Shown: positions 18,828 to 28,175 of the stretch, one piece after another | How positions within the stretch are numbered: the stretch's first letter is position 1 | Layout: the number at the start of each line of letters is the position of its first letter | IMG/VR virus record: IMGVR_UViG_3300033141_002124 | Span: 1-59,907 of that record | DNA from: a virus | Taxonomy: Duplodnaviria; Caudoviricetes | DNA: 59,907 nucleotides | Reading direction: 5' to 3' (one strand) | The notes under the pieces: generated by a model | The model's database searches: none | The model's input: only the letters and a program-made list of their open reading frames with translations | Told to the model about the DNA's origin: nothing | Translations under genes and position numbers: made by a program

Positions 18828-21800
18828 TTATTCAATTGTTAATGATGATATACCGTTCTCGTCTAACTGTACCTGAATCAAATAATCAGGGTTAATTTCA
18901 ATGAGTTGTTCAACCACCAAGACCTTCTTCATCTTCAATTTGATTAGTTGTAGAATCTCTTTGAATTCATCAATTGCATTTGAATCTAACTTACCCATGA
19001 CCTCATCCAATAAGAAGATTGATGGTTTTGCTTTAACATTGATTTGATTAAGTGCAAACTTCAATACAACACTACTGAAAGTTCTTTCTTTACCACTGGC
19101 ACTGATACAATCAATAATGGCTTCAGGTCTATCATAATAAACCAACTTGGGTCTGAGGTCGTTTACATCAAGCCAGACCTTAAATGGTGCTACACTAAGT
19201 ATATTTTCCAACGTAATATTGATTTTCGGTATAATATGATTACTTAACATCTGTCTTGGAATACCGTCACGATGCACGCATTTCTTATAAAGTGCCATAA
19301 CACTATCCTGATACTCCTGAACCTTGAACTCTTCAATTAATAATTTATTACCCATTATTCTGGTTTCTTTCTCTCCAATAGATGTTTTTCTAATAAACAC
19401 ATTTTCTTTTTCATCTTCTTCTTCGACTTCAAGAATTTCAATCTTTCCTTTAGCTGCTTTGATTCCCTTTTCAATTCTCTGATTCTCTTCAATCTGCTTC
19501 AAACTATTTTCATGTCTGGTAATCTTTTGTTCCAGAATATCGATTTTCAATTGTTCATTATCAATCAGCGTTGGGACTTGATTAAGTTCGATTTGAAGTG
19601 TATTGCGTCTATCAACATCATTCTTTTCGTTGGTAAGAACACCAATATCTTTCAGAACCGCTTCCATCTCTAAATCAAGTTTGGTGATTTCCCCATTTAT
19701 TGTCACAACATTATCATCACATTTCTTTATAGCTGATTTCCAATCAGTATCAATATCATGTTGATATTCCTTCATTTCCTTGGCGAAAGCAAACATCTTA
19801 ACTTCTTTTTCCTTAACAGAATTTGTTATATGGTCTTGATGTTCTTTCTTATCGATTACTTGACCACATTCGGGACAATTTTTACTGTTCTTCAGTTTAG
19901 CTATTTCATCTTTCAGATTTCCACCATCCCTTTTCGCAGTATGAATCCTACCTTTAAGAAGTTCGATTTTGTGTTGGAAATCTGCTTTCTTTCTTTCCTC
20001 TTCTTTTATTGCAAATTTCTTTTCATAAACCTTTTGTTTATGTTCGTCACGCTTTATAATGAGATTATTTAGTTTTACTTCATCATAACTTTCTCTTAAC
20101 TCACCAATACTTTGCTGTAGAACCATCTTACGTGCCTTAATTTCAACGATTCTCTTCTTATGGTCACTTATGTCAAGTCTGGCTTCATCTACGTCCAGAT
20201 TGTAGATTTCATCGTCTATTTGATAGAGTTTCTTTGTAAGTGTTTCAATATACTCACGACCAGTTTGAATTCTGCCTTGGATATCAGGTAATTTCGTACC
20301 TTCTATTTCGGTAATTTCGCTTTGAAGTGTTGTAATTTCCTGAGTTAATGTTGCATTCTGAGTCGTTGTGAATTCAATGTTACAACTCACACGTGTTTTT
20401 TCATTCGCACGCTTCTGATATACTTTAAGACCTTCAAGTTTTTTATCAAAGATATCCAATCCACTATCATATAATAATGAATCAATAAAAACTGCCATAT
20501 CATTAGATAAATTCTGATTCAATGTATCTGAAGTCGTCATGACGATTCGCATGAAATTATCATATGTACCAATAATACCTTCGATTTTCTTTTGGGTTTT
20601 AGTTCGTCTGTCACCATCGAGTTTATCCAAGCAGTTATCATCAGTCATTTCATCATCAGGATTATTGAGAACGTAATAACTCAAGGAAGTCGGTGCTCCA
20701 TTAATTGTCCCATCTCGCTTTCTCTCGATTTTAGTAGCTTTCTTAATTCCATAATATTCACCATTGGCTTCCAATACCATGTAGGCTTCACATGAAGTCG
20801 CATCATTTCTATTATTGACGAAACGTTTATCACCAAATTTCATACGGTTTTCGGTTTCCAATGTTTTACCGAATAACAAATACGAAATGAGTTTCATAAT
20901 GGTGGTTTTACCAGCAGTATTTGCACCGTTTATTTGGAAAATACCATCAGTCTTTCGCCAATCAACATCAAGCTCACCATAAGACATGAAGTTCTTTCCA
21001 CCAAATTTAATAACATCCCATTCGATATTCTGGTCTTCAGGAACATCAATTTCATTTAAGATTTCTTCATCCAAAGCAATGATGTCATTCATTAATTGTT
21101 CATCAGTCCCAATTCTTTCCAAATAGTCCTTAAATATTTCTTGCTGAACAGCAGCATCAGTCACATTTTCTAACGTAATATTTTCATTAACATCTACGTC
21201 TTCTGATTCAATGAATTCGTTTTTATGAGAAATTGTGAGATTTTTATGTTCCTTAAATAAGTAACCTTTGGTGTAGTCAATAAGTTTTCGTTCATTTTCT
21301 TTGGTACGTGTTTGTGGTAGCGTACCCCAGACAAATCTGAGTTTCATATATTTAGTTGGATTCTCTACCTCAAAATCCAAATCATCAAAATCAGTATATG
21401 GTGTTATTTTAATATTCTTAAAACTATAATTATTAGGTATTTCAATTTCAGCAGTAGTCTGCTTAATTATATCCCAAAGCAAATAACCATGAAAAGCATC
21501 ATCACCCTCTGATACGTCTTGTGAAATAAGAGACCCACAATATGCTTTCTTATTATCTTTATCAAGGTATTGCATTCTATGAATATCTCCGAAGAACGAA
21601 TATGTACCTTTGAAGTCACTGATTTTATAATATGACTTGCTTTTCATTTCGAAATCAGTGGTTGACATGCAACCAGTAATAGGGTCATGGAAAAGGTCAA
21701 TATTAACTCTGGCATCCTGTCCTTGATAAGCAAGAAGTTTCTTACCTTCCTTAGTTTTCCAAGGGTTATTGTTTTTCTCACCATGATGCCAAACTGCCCA

Positions 21801-22169
21801 AGTCACGTTTTCATCAACATAAAAACCTGTCTTATCATAATATTCAACATCAATATCACCAAGCGTTTCAACAATCGCTTTAATACTATCCACACGTTTG
21901 AGATTTTTCTTACGACAATCATGATTACCTCTGGTTGTTCGTACAGGAGCGATTGTAGCCAATTCTTTAAGGAAATTGTGAGCCATGATTAATTGCTCAC
22001 CCTGTAAGTCAAGATAGTCATGAACAAGGTCACCAACAATTATAATTCTATCAGGTTTTTGTTTCTTTAAAGATGTGATTAATCTTTTAAATACTTGTTG
22101 ATATTCTTCATTTCTTGTAGGTGTTTTTCGTATGTGAATATCTGCGAGATGCGCAATTGTTTTAATCAT
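18828..22169 (-). CDS. Fused SbcD/Mre11 nuclease - SbcC/Rad50 ATPase (gp47-gp46-like)
   Basis: N-terminal DIH, GD, GNHD, GDIH phosphoesterase motifs; Walker A GANTAGKTT; Zn hook CPECG; signature SGKE; Walker B LLDE. Confidence 0.92.
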   Translation of the reverse strand: MIKTIAHLADIHIRKTPTRNEEYQQVFKRLITSLKKQKPDRIIIVGDLVHDYLDLQGEQLIMAHNFLKELATIAPVRTTRGNHDCRKKNLKRVDSIKAIVETLGDIDVEYYDKTGFYVDENVTWAVWHHGEKNNNPWKTKEGKKLLAYQGQDARVNIDLFHDPITGCMSTTDFEMKSKSYYKISDFKGTYSFFGDIHRMQYLDKDNKKAYCGSLISQDVSEGDDAFHGYLLWDIIKQTTAEIEIPNNYSFKNIKITPYTDFDDLDFEVENPTKYMKLRFVWGTLPQTRTKENERKLIDYTKGYLFKEHKNLTISHKNEFIESEDVDVNENITLENVTDAAVQQEIFKDYLERIGTDEQLMNDIIALDEEILNEIDVPEDQNIEWDVIKFGGKNFMSYGELDVDWRKTDGIFQINGANTAGKTTIMKLISYLLFGKTLETENRMKFGDKRFVNNRNDATSCEAYMVLEANGEYYGIKKATKIERKRDGTINGAPTSLSYYVLNNPDDEMTDDNCLDKLDGDRRTKTQKKIEGIIGTYDNFMRIVMTTSDTLNQNLSNDMAVFIDSLLYDSGLDIFDKKLEGLKVYQKRANEKTRVSCNIEFTTTQNATLTQEITTLQSEITEIEGTKLPDIQGRIQTGREYIETLTKKLYQIDDEIYNLDVDEARLDISDHKKRIVEIKARKMVLQQSIGELRESYDEVKLNNLIIKRDEHKQKVYEKKFAIKEEERKKADFQHKIELLKGRIHTAKRDGGNLKDEIAKLKNSKNCPECGQVIDKKEHQDHITNSVKEKEVKMFAFAKEMKEYQHDIDTDWKSAIKKCDDNVVTINGEITKLDLEMEAVLKDIGVLTNEKNDVDRRNTLQIELNQVPTLIDNEQLKIDILEQKITRHENSLKQIEENQRIEKGIKAAKGKIEILEVEEEDEKENVFIRKTSIGEKETRIMGNKLLIEEFKVQEYQDSVMALYKKCVHRDGIPRQMLSNHIIPKINITLENILSVAPFKVWLDVNDLRPKLVYYDRPEAIIDCISASGKERTFSSVVLKFALNQINVKAKPSIFLLDEVMGKLDSNAIDEFKEILQLIKLKMKKVLVVEQLIEINPDYLIQVQLDENGISSLTIE

Positions 22170-22183
22170 TCAAAAATTTTTTA

Positions 22184-22191
22184 CAAATATA
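22184..22191 (-). promoter_or_regulatory. Bacteroidota -7 element (TATATTTG)
   Basis: Upstream of ATG 22169, with TTGCA further upstream. Confidence 0.6.
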
Positions 22192-22228
22192 TCTAAAACT
22201 ACCATGAAATGCAAGAGTTTTTAGAAAT

Positions 22229-22272
22229 TGTCATTCTGTCATTTTTAATTAAAAATATCTGACATTTTGACT
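22229..22272. promoter_or_regulatory. Inverted operator/enhancer TGTCA-N3-TGTCA ... TGACA-N3-TGACT
   Basis: Two pairs of TGTCA half-sites flank the palindrome TTTTTAATTAAAAA, upstream of the sigma54-like box. Confidence 0.55.
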
Positions 22273-22284
22273 TGTTAATCACTA

Positions 22285-22300
22285 TGGCACATTATTCGCA
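22285..22300 (+). promoter_or_regulatory. Sigma54-type -24/-12 promoter TGGCAC-N5-TCGCA
   Basis: GG-N10-GC spacing exact; one mismatch to TGGCAC-N5-TTGCW; 41 nt before hsp20. Confidence 0.7.
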
Positions 22301-22341
22301 ATACATGTGGAAAATAACGTTAAATTTAAATAAATAGAATT

Positions 22342-22749
22342 ATGTATAAAATTAGATTAGGAAATCCAACACACGAATTTATGAAAATCTTCGATGAATT
22401 TTTTGATGAATCATTTGATATCACATCCAGAAAGTGCCCAGCACATGATGTAATTGAGAACGATGATGAATTCGTCATTGAGATGGAATTGGCTGGAGTT
22501 AAGAAAGATGATGTTAGTATTGATACCGAAGACGGGACGCTAACCATTGAAACCGAGCGCAAAAAGGATGAAACCAAAAAATATAGGCGCAATGAAATGT
22601 ATGTTGGTAAATATAAGAGGTCATTTATTCTTCCAGATAATGTTAGTACTGAAGAAATTAAAGCATCAATGGAAGACGGTATATTAACAGTAACAATTCC
22701 CAAGACTGTTGATGAAACCAAAAAGAAAAAACAAATCGTGATTAAGTAA
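22342..22749 (+). CDS. hsp20: Small heat shock protein (Hsp20/alpha-crystallin)
   Basis: DVIE...ELAGVKKDD, Y.RSF.LP, IKASMEDGILTVTIPK. Confidence 0.95.
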   Translation: MYKIRLGNPTHEFMKIFDEFFDESFDITSRKCPAHDVIENDDEFVIEMELAGVKKDDVSIDTEDGTLTIETERKKDETKKYRRNEMYVGKYKRSFILPDNVSTEEIKASMEDGILTVTIPKTVDETKKKKQIVIK

Positions 22750-22765
22750 CATTAAAAGTCCGAAA

Positions 22766-22798
22766 CAAAAAGAGGTCACAAATTGTGACCTCTTTTTT
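22766..22798. terminator. Bidirectional Rho-independent terminator
   Basis: AAAAAGAGGTCACA-AAT-TGTGACCTCTTTTT between convergent genes. Confidence 0.88.
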
Positions 22799-24195
22799 TA
22801 TGCTTGCGGTTCTTGAGTTTGTTGTGATTGTCCCATGCTGGCTTTAGCTGCTTGGAACTCGTCATCATATTTATCGATTTGTTTAAGGATAAAGTTACTC
22901 ACAGTACTAATTGTTGAAATATTTTCTTTAATTAACTGCTTACTATTCAAACCACCTTGTGCTTGCCATAATGCCATGTATGTTGGGTGATGGTCTGCTG
23001 GTAAACCAAAGTGTTTACAAAGTGTTGCAGAAACGGTTTCTGCCTGTATTTCCTTAATTTGTTTTATTTGTCCATAATTTAATTGACCTTTGGCTTCAAA
23101 ATATTTCTGTGCTCTATCATAAAAACGACCACCTTTTTGATGTAACATATCATGTGCCCATTCATGAAAAATTGTTGAGGCAGCACCACTTCCACTTGCA
23201 TCAGCACTAACATTTATTTGACCCTTCCTACTCCAACCACCCTCACCTGCCGTTGCTGGGTCTTGCGTTACCCTAATACCCATTGCTTCAAGACTTTTCT
23301 TAGCAATACTGAACAATGCCACAGCATCTGCTCTTTCATCATTACTACCTTTCCAAAGCGGTTCATCGGGAATCGGGTCACCTGTAGTATCAGCAATATC
23401 GAAAACCACACATGGTTTAAAACCAATATGCTTAATGTCTTTTCTGGTTCTAATCGCATCCATCTTACCACTATCCATTCTCTCCTGACCATTCTGAACT
23501 CTTTTAACATACTCTCTATCTGACCTTTGCTGGTCTAAAGTGTATTCAGCCAGTTTCCCACTTCTGGGATTACGATAAAATTTATTTCCACAGTTAATTG
23601 TTATTGCTTTATTTAAATCAACAACAGTTCTATTAAAATCTTTTTTCCATTTATTTTTACCAGCAACTTTAGTTGCATTAGGATTTTGTAAATAAATAAA
23701 CATGATGTTATTGAAACTGTATTGGTGAAATTTGCTTGAGAAATTTAAGAATTTCTGGAGTTCAGCAGTTGCTGCTCTTTCATCGGTTGCATTGGCAATG
23801 TCATCAATATATTGCTCCAGATTTGATTCGAGTTCGGTTTTGGTTTTAAGAGGAATATCTGCCCCCTGTACCTCGGCTTTAAATCCTTCGAGTTGATTGA
23901 GAAAATCCTCAAGGTCACCAGTTTGACCACCTTGTGTTTCTAATTCTTTGTTGATTTCTTTTAATTTATCAACCATTGGTTTCGTTAATTTATTCCCAAA
24001 TACCCACCACTCTTTGCCGTTCCATTTAAATCCGAGAGGACCCAACTTACTGGCGACTTTCTTGGTTTCCATGTTTTGGTCAGACACTACTATATAACGA
24101 GTATATGGATTATGAGGTGGTTTCTTACCCTTAAGTTCTTGTTTTTCAAGATTAACGTATTCAAAGATATTTTCTTTACCCATTGTTTCAAGCAT
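22798..24195 (-). CDS. ArdC-like protein (ssDNA-binding N domain plus zincin-like HExxH domain)
   Basis: FHQYSFNN...LQNP.AT.VAG..W; VFDIADT.G; HEWAH; E.QAE.VS..LC..FG. Confidence 0.8.
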   Translation of the reverse strand: MLETMGKENIFEYVNLEKQELKGKKPPHNPYTRYIVVSDQNMETKKVASKLGPLGFKWNGKEWWVFGNKLTKPMVDKLKEINKELETQGGQTGDLEDFLNQLEGFKAEVQGADIPLKTKTELESNLEQYIDDIANATDERAATAELQKFLNFSSKFHQYSFNNIMFIYLQNPNATKVAGKNKWKKDFNRTVVDLNKAITINCGNKFYRNPRSGKLAEYTLDQQRSDREYVKRVQNGQERMDSGKMDAIRTRKDIKHIGFKPCVVFDIADTTGDPIPDEPLWKGSNDERADAVALFSIAKKSLEAMGIRVTQDPATAGEGGWSRKGQINVSADASGSGAASTIFHEWAHDMLHQKGGRFYDRAQKYFEAKGQLNYGQIKQIKEIQAETVSATLCKHFGLPADHHPTYMALWQAQGGLNSKQLIKENISTISTVSNFILKQIDKYDDEFQAAKASMGQSQQTQEPQA

Positions 24196-24199
24196 TTTT

Positions 24200-24209
24200 T
24201 ATAAATACT
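24200..24209 (-). promoter_or_regulatory. Late-type motif AGTATTTATA
   Basis: Immediately upstream of ArdC-like gene. Confidence 0.65.
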
Positions 24210-24213
24210 TGAA

Positions 24214-24852
24214 TTATTCGTAAATTATCTCTGGATTATTCTTTTTTAGTTTAGTCTTTATATAATTAACTTTATTACTGATTGTAGAACTCGTGACATT
24301 AAACTCGTTTCCGATTTCGTTATAACTATAACCTTGCACATATTTCATGTCAAGTAACGTAAAATCTTCTGGTGATAACTGGTCTGATATAAAATTAATT
24401 GAACTACAGTTCTCAAATTCGGAATCTGTACCACAATTAGTAGTTGTATATGAACCACTACCATTAATCGCTCCAGTATTGGTTGAAGTAATGAAACTAT
24501 TATCACAAGTAATATCTGCTCCTGTTGTTGAATATGAGTACACACAATTAGTATTGCTTCCCGTAAGAGTAATTGTTGTGTTTCTCCATTTATCAATCAT
24601 GTGATTCTTCGCAACACTAAAAACCCATGACCTGAATTTTGATTTGGTTTTATCAAATGTCTCTAAATTCATGAATACCTTAATCATGATTTCCGACACA
24701 TCATCTTCAAGGTCATAATAAATAGAGTACTTATTCTTTAAAAAATTTCTAACAGATTGTTTATATTTTTCGTATAGTATTTCCTGCGCTTGTTGATTTC
24801 CATTCAGGATACTTTGAATCAGGTCTATATCTTCCTGTATATTTCTTATCAT
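24214..24852 (-). CDS. ECF-type RNA polymerase sigma factor
   Basis: Region 2 EDDVSEIMIKVF...KFRSWVFSVAKNHMID; region 4 GYSYNEIGNEFNVTSSTI. Confidence 0.85.
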   Translation of the reverse strand: MIRNIQEDIDLIQSILNGNQQAQEILYEKYKQSVRNFLKNKYSIYYDLEDDVSEIMIKVFMNLETFDKTKSKFRSWVFSVAKNHMIDKWRNTTITLTGSNTNCVYSYSTTGADITCDNSFITSTNTGAINGSGSYTTTNCGTDSEFENCSSINFISDQLSPEDFTLLDMKYVQGYSYNEIGNEFNVTSSTISNKVNYIKTKLKKNNPEIIYE

Positions 24853-25852
24853 ATGGTTTTTGTAACTTTTGAATAAAGTAATCATCGATAATCAAACCCC
24901 TTGCACTATATAAACACTTTATTACTTCATCAATTCCTTGATTCTTACGAAGTTCATCAAGGTCTTCCTTGGTGGGGAGCTTAACAATCTTAACCCTTTC
25001 TTCACAGCCAATATAAATAGTGTTTAAAATATAATATAACTCAACACTATTTTTATAGGCATCAGGGTCTAATAAAACAACGACATCTGGTTTTAATTCT
25101 TTCAGTTTTAAAAACAATGTGGTCGAGAGCGTTTTCCCCAACATCGGAATGATGTTGACAGGAAAACTGAGCATCTCAAACGCACCTTCAACAAGGTATA
25201 CAGTAGAATCCCAATTTACAAGACCTTCATTAAAAATAATTGCGTCTTTATCTGCAACAGGATTGAGATAAGGCAATTTCTTTTTTAATTTAAAGTCATT
25301 TCCATAATATCTACCAACAAAATAATTAACTTCACCCTGTGCATCGAATGACGGGATGATTATTCTGTTAGCGTATTTTCCAGTAGTACAAAAACCAAGC
25401 CGATATCTTAAAATAATGTCTCGACTTATTTTTCTTTCAGTAACAAGATAACTATATGCTTCAAAATGTTCAGGATTACTTACATCCATTTGAGAGAAAT
25501 AAATCATTTCTTCAGGTAATTTAACCTGAACATATTCTTTTTCGTCTTCATCAAAAACGTAATCCTGAAAAATTCCAGCATATGATTTATACATTTCATA
25601 GTCAGCATGACCACCAAATGTCCTTACAAGTCTTCCCAGAGACCCACTAAATCTGGGTTCTTCACACTTCCAACACCTAAACATACGTTTAGCAGTATTA
25701 ATTTCCAAATTAAATCTACCATCTGGATAACTAAGACCTTCTCGTTCCTGACAACGTGGACAATTAACCTGCAATTGTTCGCTTTGCAGGTAACCGTTAA
25801 CATCACCAAATATGTTTTGGATTATGGAATGAAATTCTTGTCCTTTAATCAT
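24761..25852 (-). CDS. DNA primase (Zn-binding plus TOPRIM)
   Basis: CPRC...CWKC, RIIIP, YLN, LVEG, LDPDA. Confidence 0.88.
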   Translation of the reverse strand: MIKGQEFHSIIQNIFGDVNGYLQSEQLQVNCPRCQEREGLSYPDGRFNLEINTAKRMFRCWKCEEPRFSGSLGRLVRTFGGHADYEMYKSYAGIFQDYVFDEDEKEYVQVKLPEEMIYFSQMDVSNPEHFEAYSYLVTERKISRDIILRYRLGFCTTGKYANRIIIPSFDAQGEVNYFVGRYYGNDFKLKKKLPYLNPVADKDAIIFNEGLVNWDSTVYLVEGAFEMLSFPVNIIPMLGKTLSTTLFLKLKELKPDVVVLLDPDAYKNSVELYYILNTIYIGCEERVKIVKLPTKEDLDELRKNQGIDEVIKCLYSARGLIIDDYFIQKLQKPYDKKYTGRYRPDSKYPEWKSTSAGNTIRKI

Positions 25853-25856
25853 GAAG

Positions 25857-25864
25857 CAAATATA
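25857..25864 (-). promoter_or_regulatory. Bacteroidota -7 element (TATATTTG)
   Basis: 4 nt upstream of primase ATG. Confidence 0.55.
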
Positions 25865-25870
25865 TAAAAA

Positions 25871-25903
25871 AATTGCCTTAAAACAAAGAGTTTTAAGGCA
25901 ATT
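25871..25903 (-). terminator. Rho-independent terminator
   Basis: Perfect 14-bp stem AATTGCCTTAAAAC/GTTTTAAGGCAATT, T-tract on minus strand. Confidence 0.8.
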
Positions 25904-25906
25904 AAA

Positions 25907-26062
25907 TTATTGGTCAATCCATTTATATAAGTCATTTGGGTGTCCATGTGGTTTATTAACCACCCTTTTCTGCTTCTTCCCACAACGTTTACACGTGCGT
26001 TTCGAAGGCATCCAAGTGAAATTATAACTCCATTTGTGCCCCAACAACCAACACCAGTTCAT
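25907..26062 (-). CDS. Small Zn-binding protein (DUF1660-like; 51 aa, not in ORF track)
   Basis: Read manually: MNWCWLLGHKWEY...TCKRCGKK...WIDQ*. Confidence 0.65.
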   Translation of the reverse strand: MNWCWLLGHKWSYNFTWMPSKRTCKRCGKKQKRVVNKPHGHPNDLYKWIDQ

Positions 26063-26064
26063 TA

Positions 26065-26613
26065 TTAATATCTTTTATGCTGCTCTAAAAACGGGAAAAA
26101 TTTAATCATGCGATTGAGGAAACCGGGCGTATAGATTCTAAAATTACCTATACCACGATTATCAACACCCATTTTGACGAAATTTTCTTGTAATTCATTG
26201 AAGAGGTCAACAACCAGTTTGGATACATTACCATCATTCGAACCACCACTTGCTTTAAGTGTTTGGTTTTCAATCTTAACCACATCCAATTCAGCAGTTA
26301 AGGCTTCATTTTTCTGATTAAGTAATGTAACTTGTTCTTCAAGCCATTCAACACCTTTAGGTTCTTCAGGGGTTGGTGTTTCATCGAGCACAAGAAGGTC
26401 ATCCTTTTTTTCGAGAGTAACAATTGGAGAATCCTTAAGTAATTCTTTAACTGTTTCTTTTGCTTTAAGGTCTCTTTCTTCTTTAGCAGTGAGTTTCTTA
26501 ACAGCAGGTTTCTTTGCTGCTGGTTTTCTTGTCGTTTTCTTTGCTGCTGGTTTTTTAGCAGCAGGTTTTTTTGTGGTTTTTGCTAAACCAACTACATCAT
26601 TTTTTGTTGCCAT
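26065..26613 (-). CDS. Protein with histone-H1-like KKPAA repeats and coiled coil
   Basis: KKPAAKKPAAKKTTRKPAAKKPAVKK N-terminus. Confidence 0.7.
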   Translation of the reverse strand: MATKNDVVGLAKTTKKPAAKKPAAKKTTRKPAAKKPAVKKLTAKEERDLKAKETVKELLKDSPIVTLEKKDDLLVLDETPTPEEPKGVEWLEEQVTLLNQKNEALTAELDVVKIENQTLKASGGSNDGNVSKLVVDLFNELQENFVKMGVDNRGIGNFRIYTPGFLNRMIKFFPFLEQHKRY

Positions 26614-26614
26614 A

Positions 26615-28099
26615 TTAGTCAATTATTAAATTTGTATTTAAATGAGCGACCAAGCCAAATTCGAAGTTCCAAACGAAACCATCTGCTGCTTTCACTGAAC
26701 CAACGTATCCTTTTTTGTGATGCCATTCTTCAGTACCAGTCAAACTTGACAAATACCTGATGGTAACACCTAAGTCTTCATTTAAAAGTCTTGATTTATT
26801 TATATCATATTGCACGGTTCTCTTCCTATGAATATGTCCAAGATGCCATTCATGGAATTTTGTTACACTCCACAGTGGTTTGGATTGAATATCGGTAGCC
26901 ATTAACATTGGAAGACTTGCTTCTTTTTCTTCACTACCATGAGTGAGTCCAAGTAATAGATTACCGTAATCATAATATTTTCTTGGTGACGCATGATTAT
27001 CAATGCTTATTGTTGGGTCATCTTTGAACCATGCTTCCAGATAACTACCCAAGTAGTAACTGCGTTCGAAGTCGTGGTTACCGGGGATGACCACTATGTC
27101 AATCGGAACACCAGCTTGTTTCATTAAATTAATTGCATCAACAAGTAATCGTGTACCAACTTTAAATGTCTTCTGCCATCTCAAATCTTCGTCTTGTTGA
27201 GTTCCCTTGGTTGTGGTATTCTCCATAGTATCACTATTAAAGAAATCGTTTCCAACGGGGAATAATATTCTTTCATAATTAAAACCACTTGCGTTTTGCA
27301 TGAGTTTTTCAATTGAAGTTAAGAAACGTTTACGTGCGATTTTAACATCGTAGTTCTCAAAAGTTTCACCACCCCATGCAAGTTTACCAATATGTAGGTC
27401 AAAGACACTGATTTCCAAGAGATTTTGTTCTTTGGTTTCTTGTGGTCTTTCTGGTGTCCAATCATATACAGGTGGTTCATAACCATTAATCATTTCTTGG
27501 AATATCTCACCAATCATTCTTTCCCTGACAACTTTCATGTCACGTTCCAAACGTGCTTTCACTTGCCAGTTTTGATAGGTTTTAACCACCCACTCACCAA
27601 ATTCCTGAACCTTCATTGTCACATCCCATTTATTGACAATATGAGAACTTACTTTCCAAACCTCAGTATCTACTTCAGTTGCAGCGAGTAATTGGTCAAG
27701 TGTTCTTACGTGGTCTTTTGGGTAGTGACTGCTACCAATCCACTCATATTCGGCTTCGTTGGCATTCTTTTGATTGAAAGTCTCTCTATTTCCTCCTTTT
27801 GGTAAGTCTTTGGGTTTATTAGGTTCTGATTTTTCTTCTGATTTTGAAGGTTCAATAAATCCCTTCATATTAATATAATTTTGATACGGATTTTGGAACA
27901 TGTTATAAAGGTTGATGTCCAGTTCACCATCATTAAACTTCTGATAAATCATCGCCTTCATATTCTTAACATAAGTGTCGGAAAATCCACATTTTACACT
28001 TGCTTCCTTTACCGACACTTGATTTTTTATTGCGTATTGTATGATTTCAACAGCATTCTCAATTCTTTTCTGTATTGATTTACTTCGTTTTTTTGTCAT
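26615..28099 (-). CDS. Calcineurin-like metallophosphoesterase with N-terminal HTH-like region
   Basis: DLHIG, GND, GNHD, THG, GHIH motifs; N-terminal SVKEASVKCGFSDTYV. Confidence 0.85.
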   Translation of the reverse strand: MTKKRSKSIQKRIENAVEIIQYAIKNQVSVKEASVKCGFSDTYVKNMKAMIYQKFNDGELDINLYNMFQNPYQNYINMKGFIEPSKSEEKSEPNKPKDLPKGGNRETFNQKNANEAEYEWIGSSHYPKDHVRTLDQLLAATEVDTEVWKVSSHIVNKWDVTMKVQEFGEWVVKTYQNWQVKARLERDMKVVRERMIGEIFQEMINGYEPPVYDWTPERPQETKEQNLLEISVFDLHIGKLAWGGETFENYDVKIARKRFLTSIEKLMQNASGFNYERILFPVGNDFFNSDTMENTTTKGTQQDEDLRWQKTFKVGTRLLVDAINLMKQAGVPIDIVVIPGNHDFERSYYLGSYLEAWFKDDPTISIDNHASPRKYYDYGNLLLGLTHGSEEKEASLPMLMATDIQSKPLWSVTKFHEWHLGHIHRKRTVQYDINKSRLLNEDLGVTIRYLSSLTGTEEWHHKKGYVGSVKAADGFVWNFEFGLVAHLNTNLIID

Positions 28100-28175
28100 T
28101 ATTTAAAATAGTTAGATTAAATTATTCAGATATTTTTGTCAAAACTATAACAAATATATCACAAACACAAGGGTT

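Noticed and set aside
22326-22721. 131-aa ORF antisense to hsp20, and the other short antisense or nested ORFs in the track
   Set aside because: Shadows of well-supported genes, with atypical composition and no motifs
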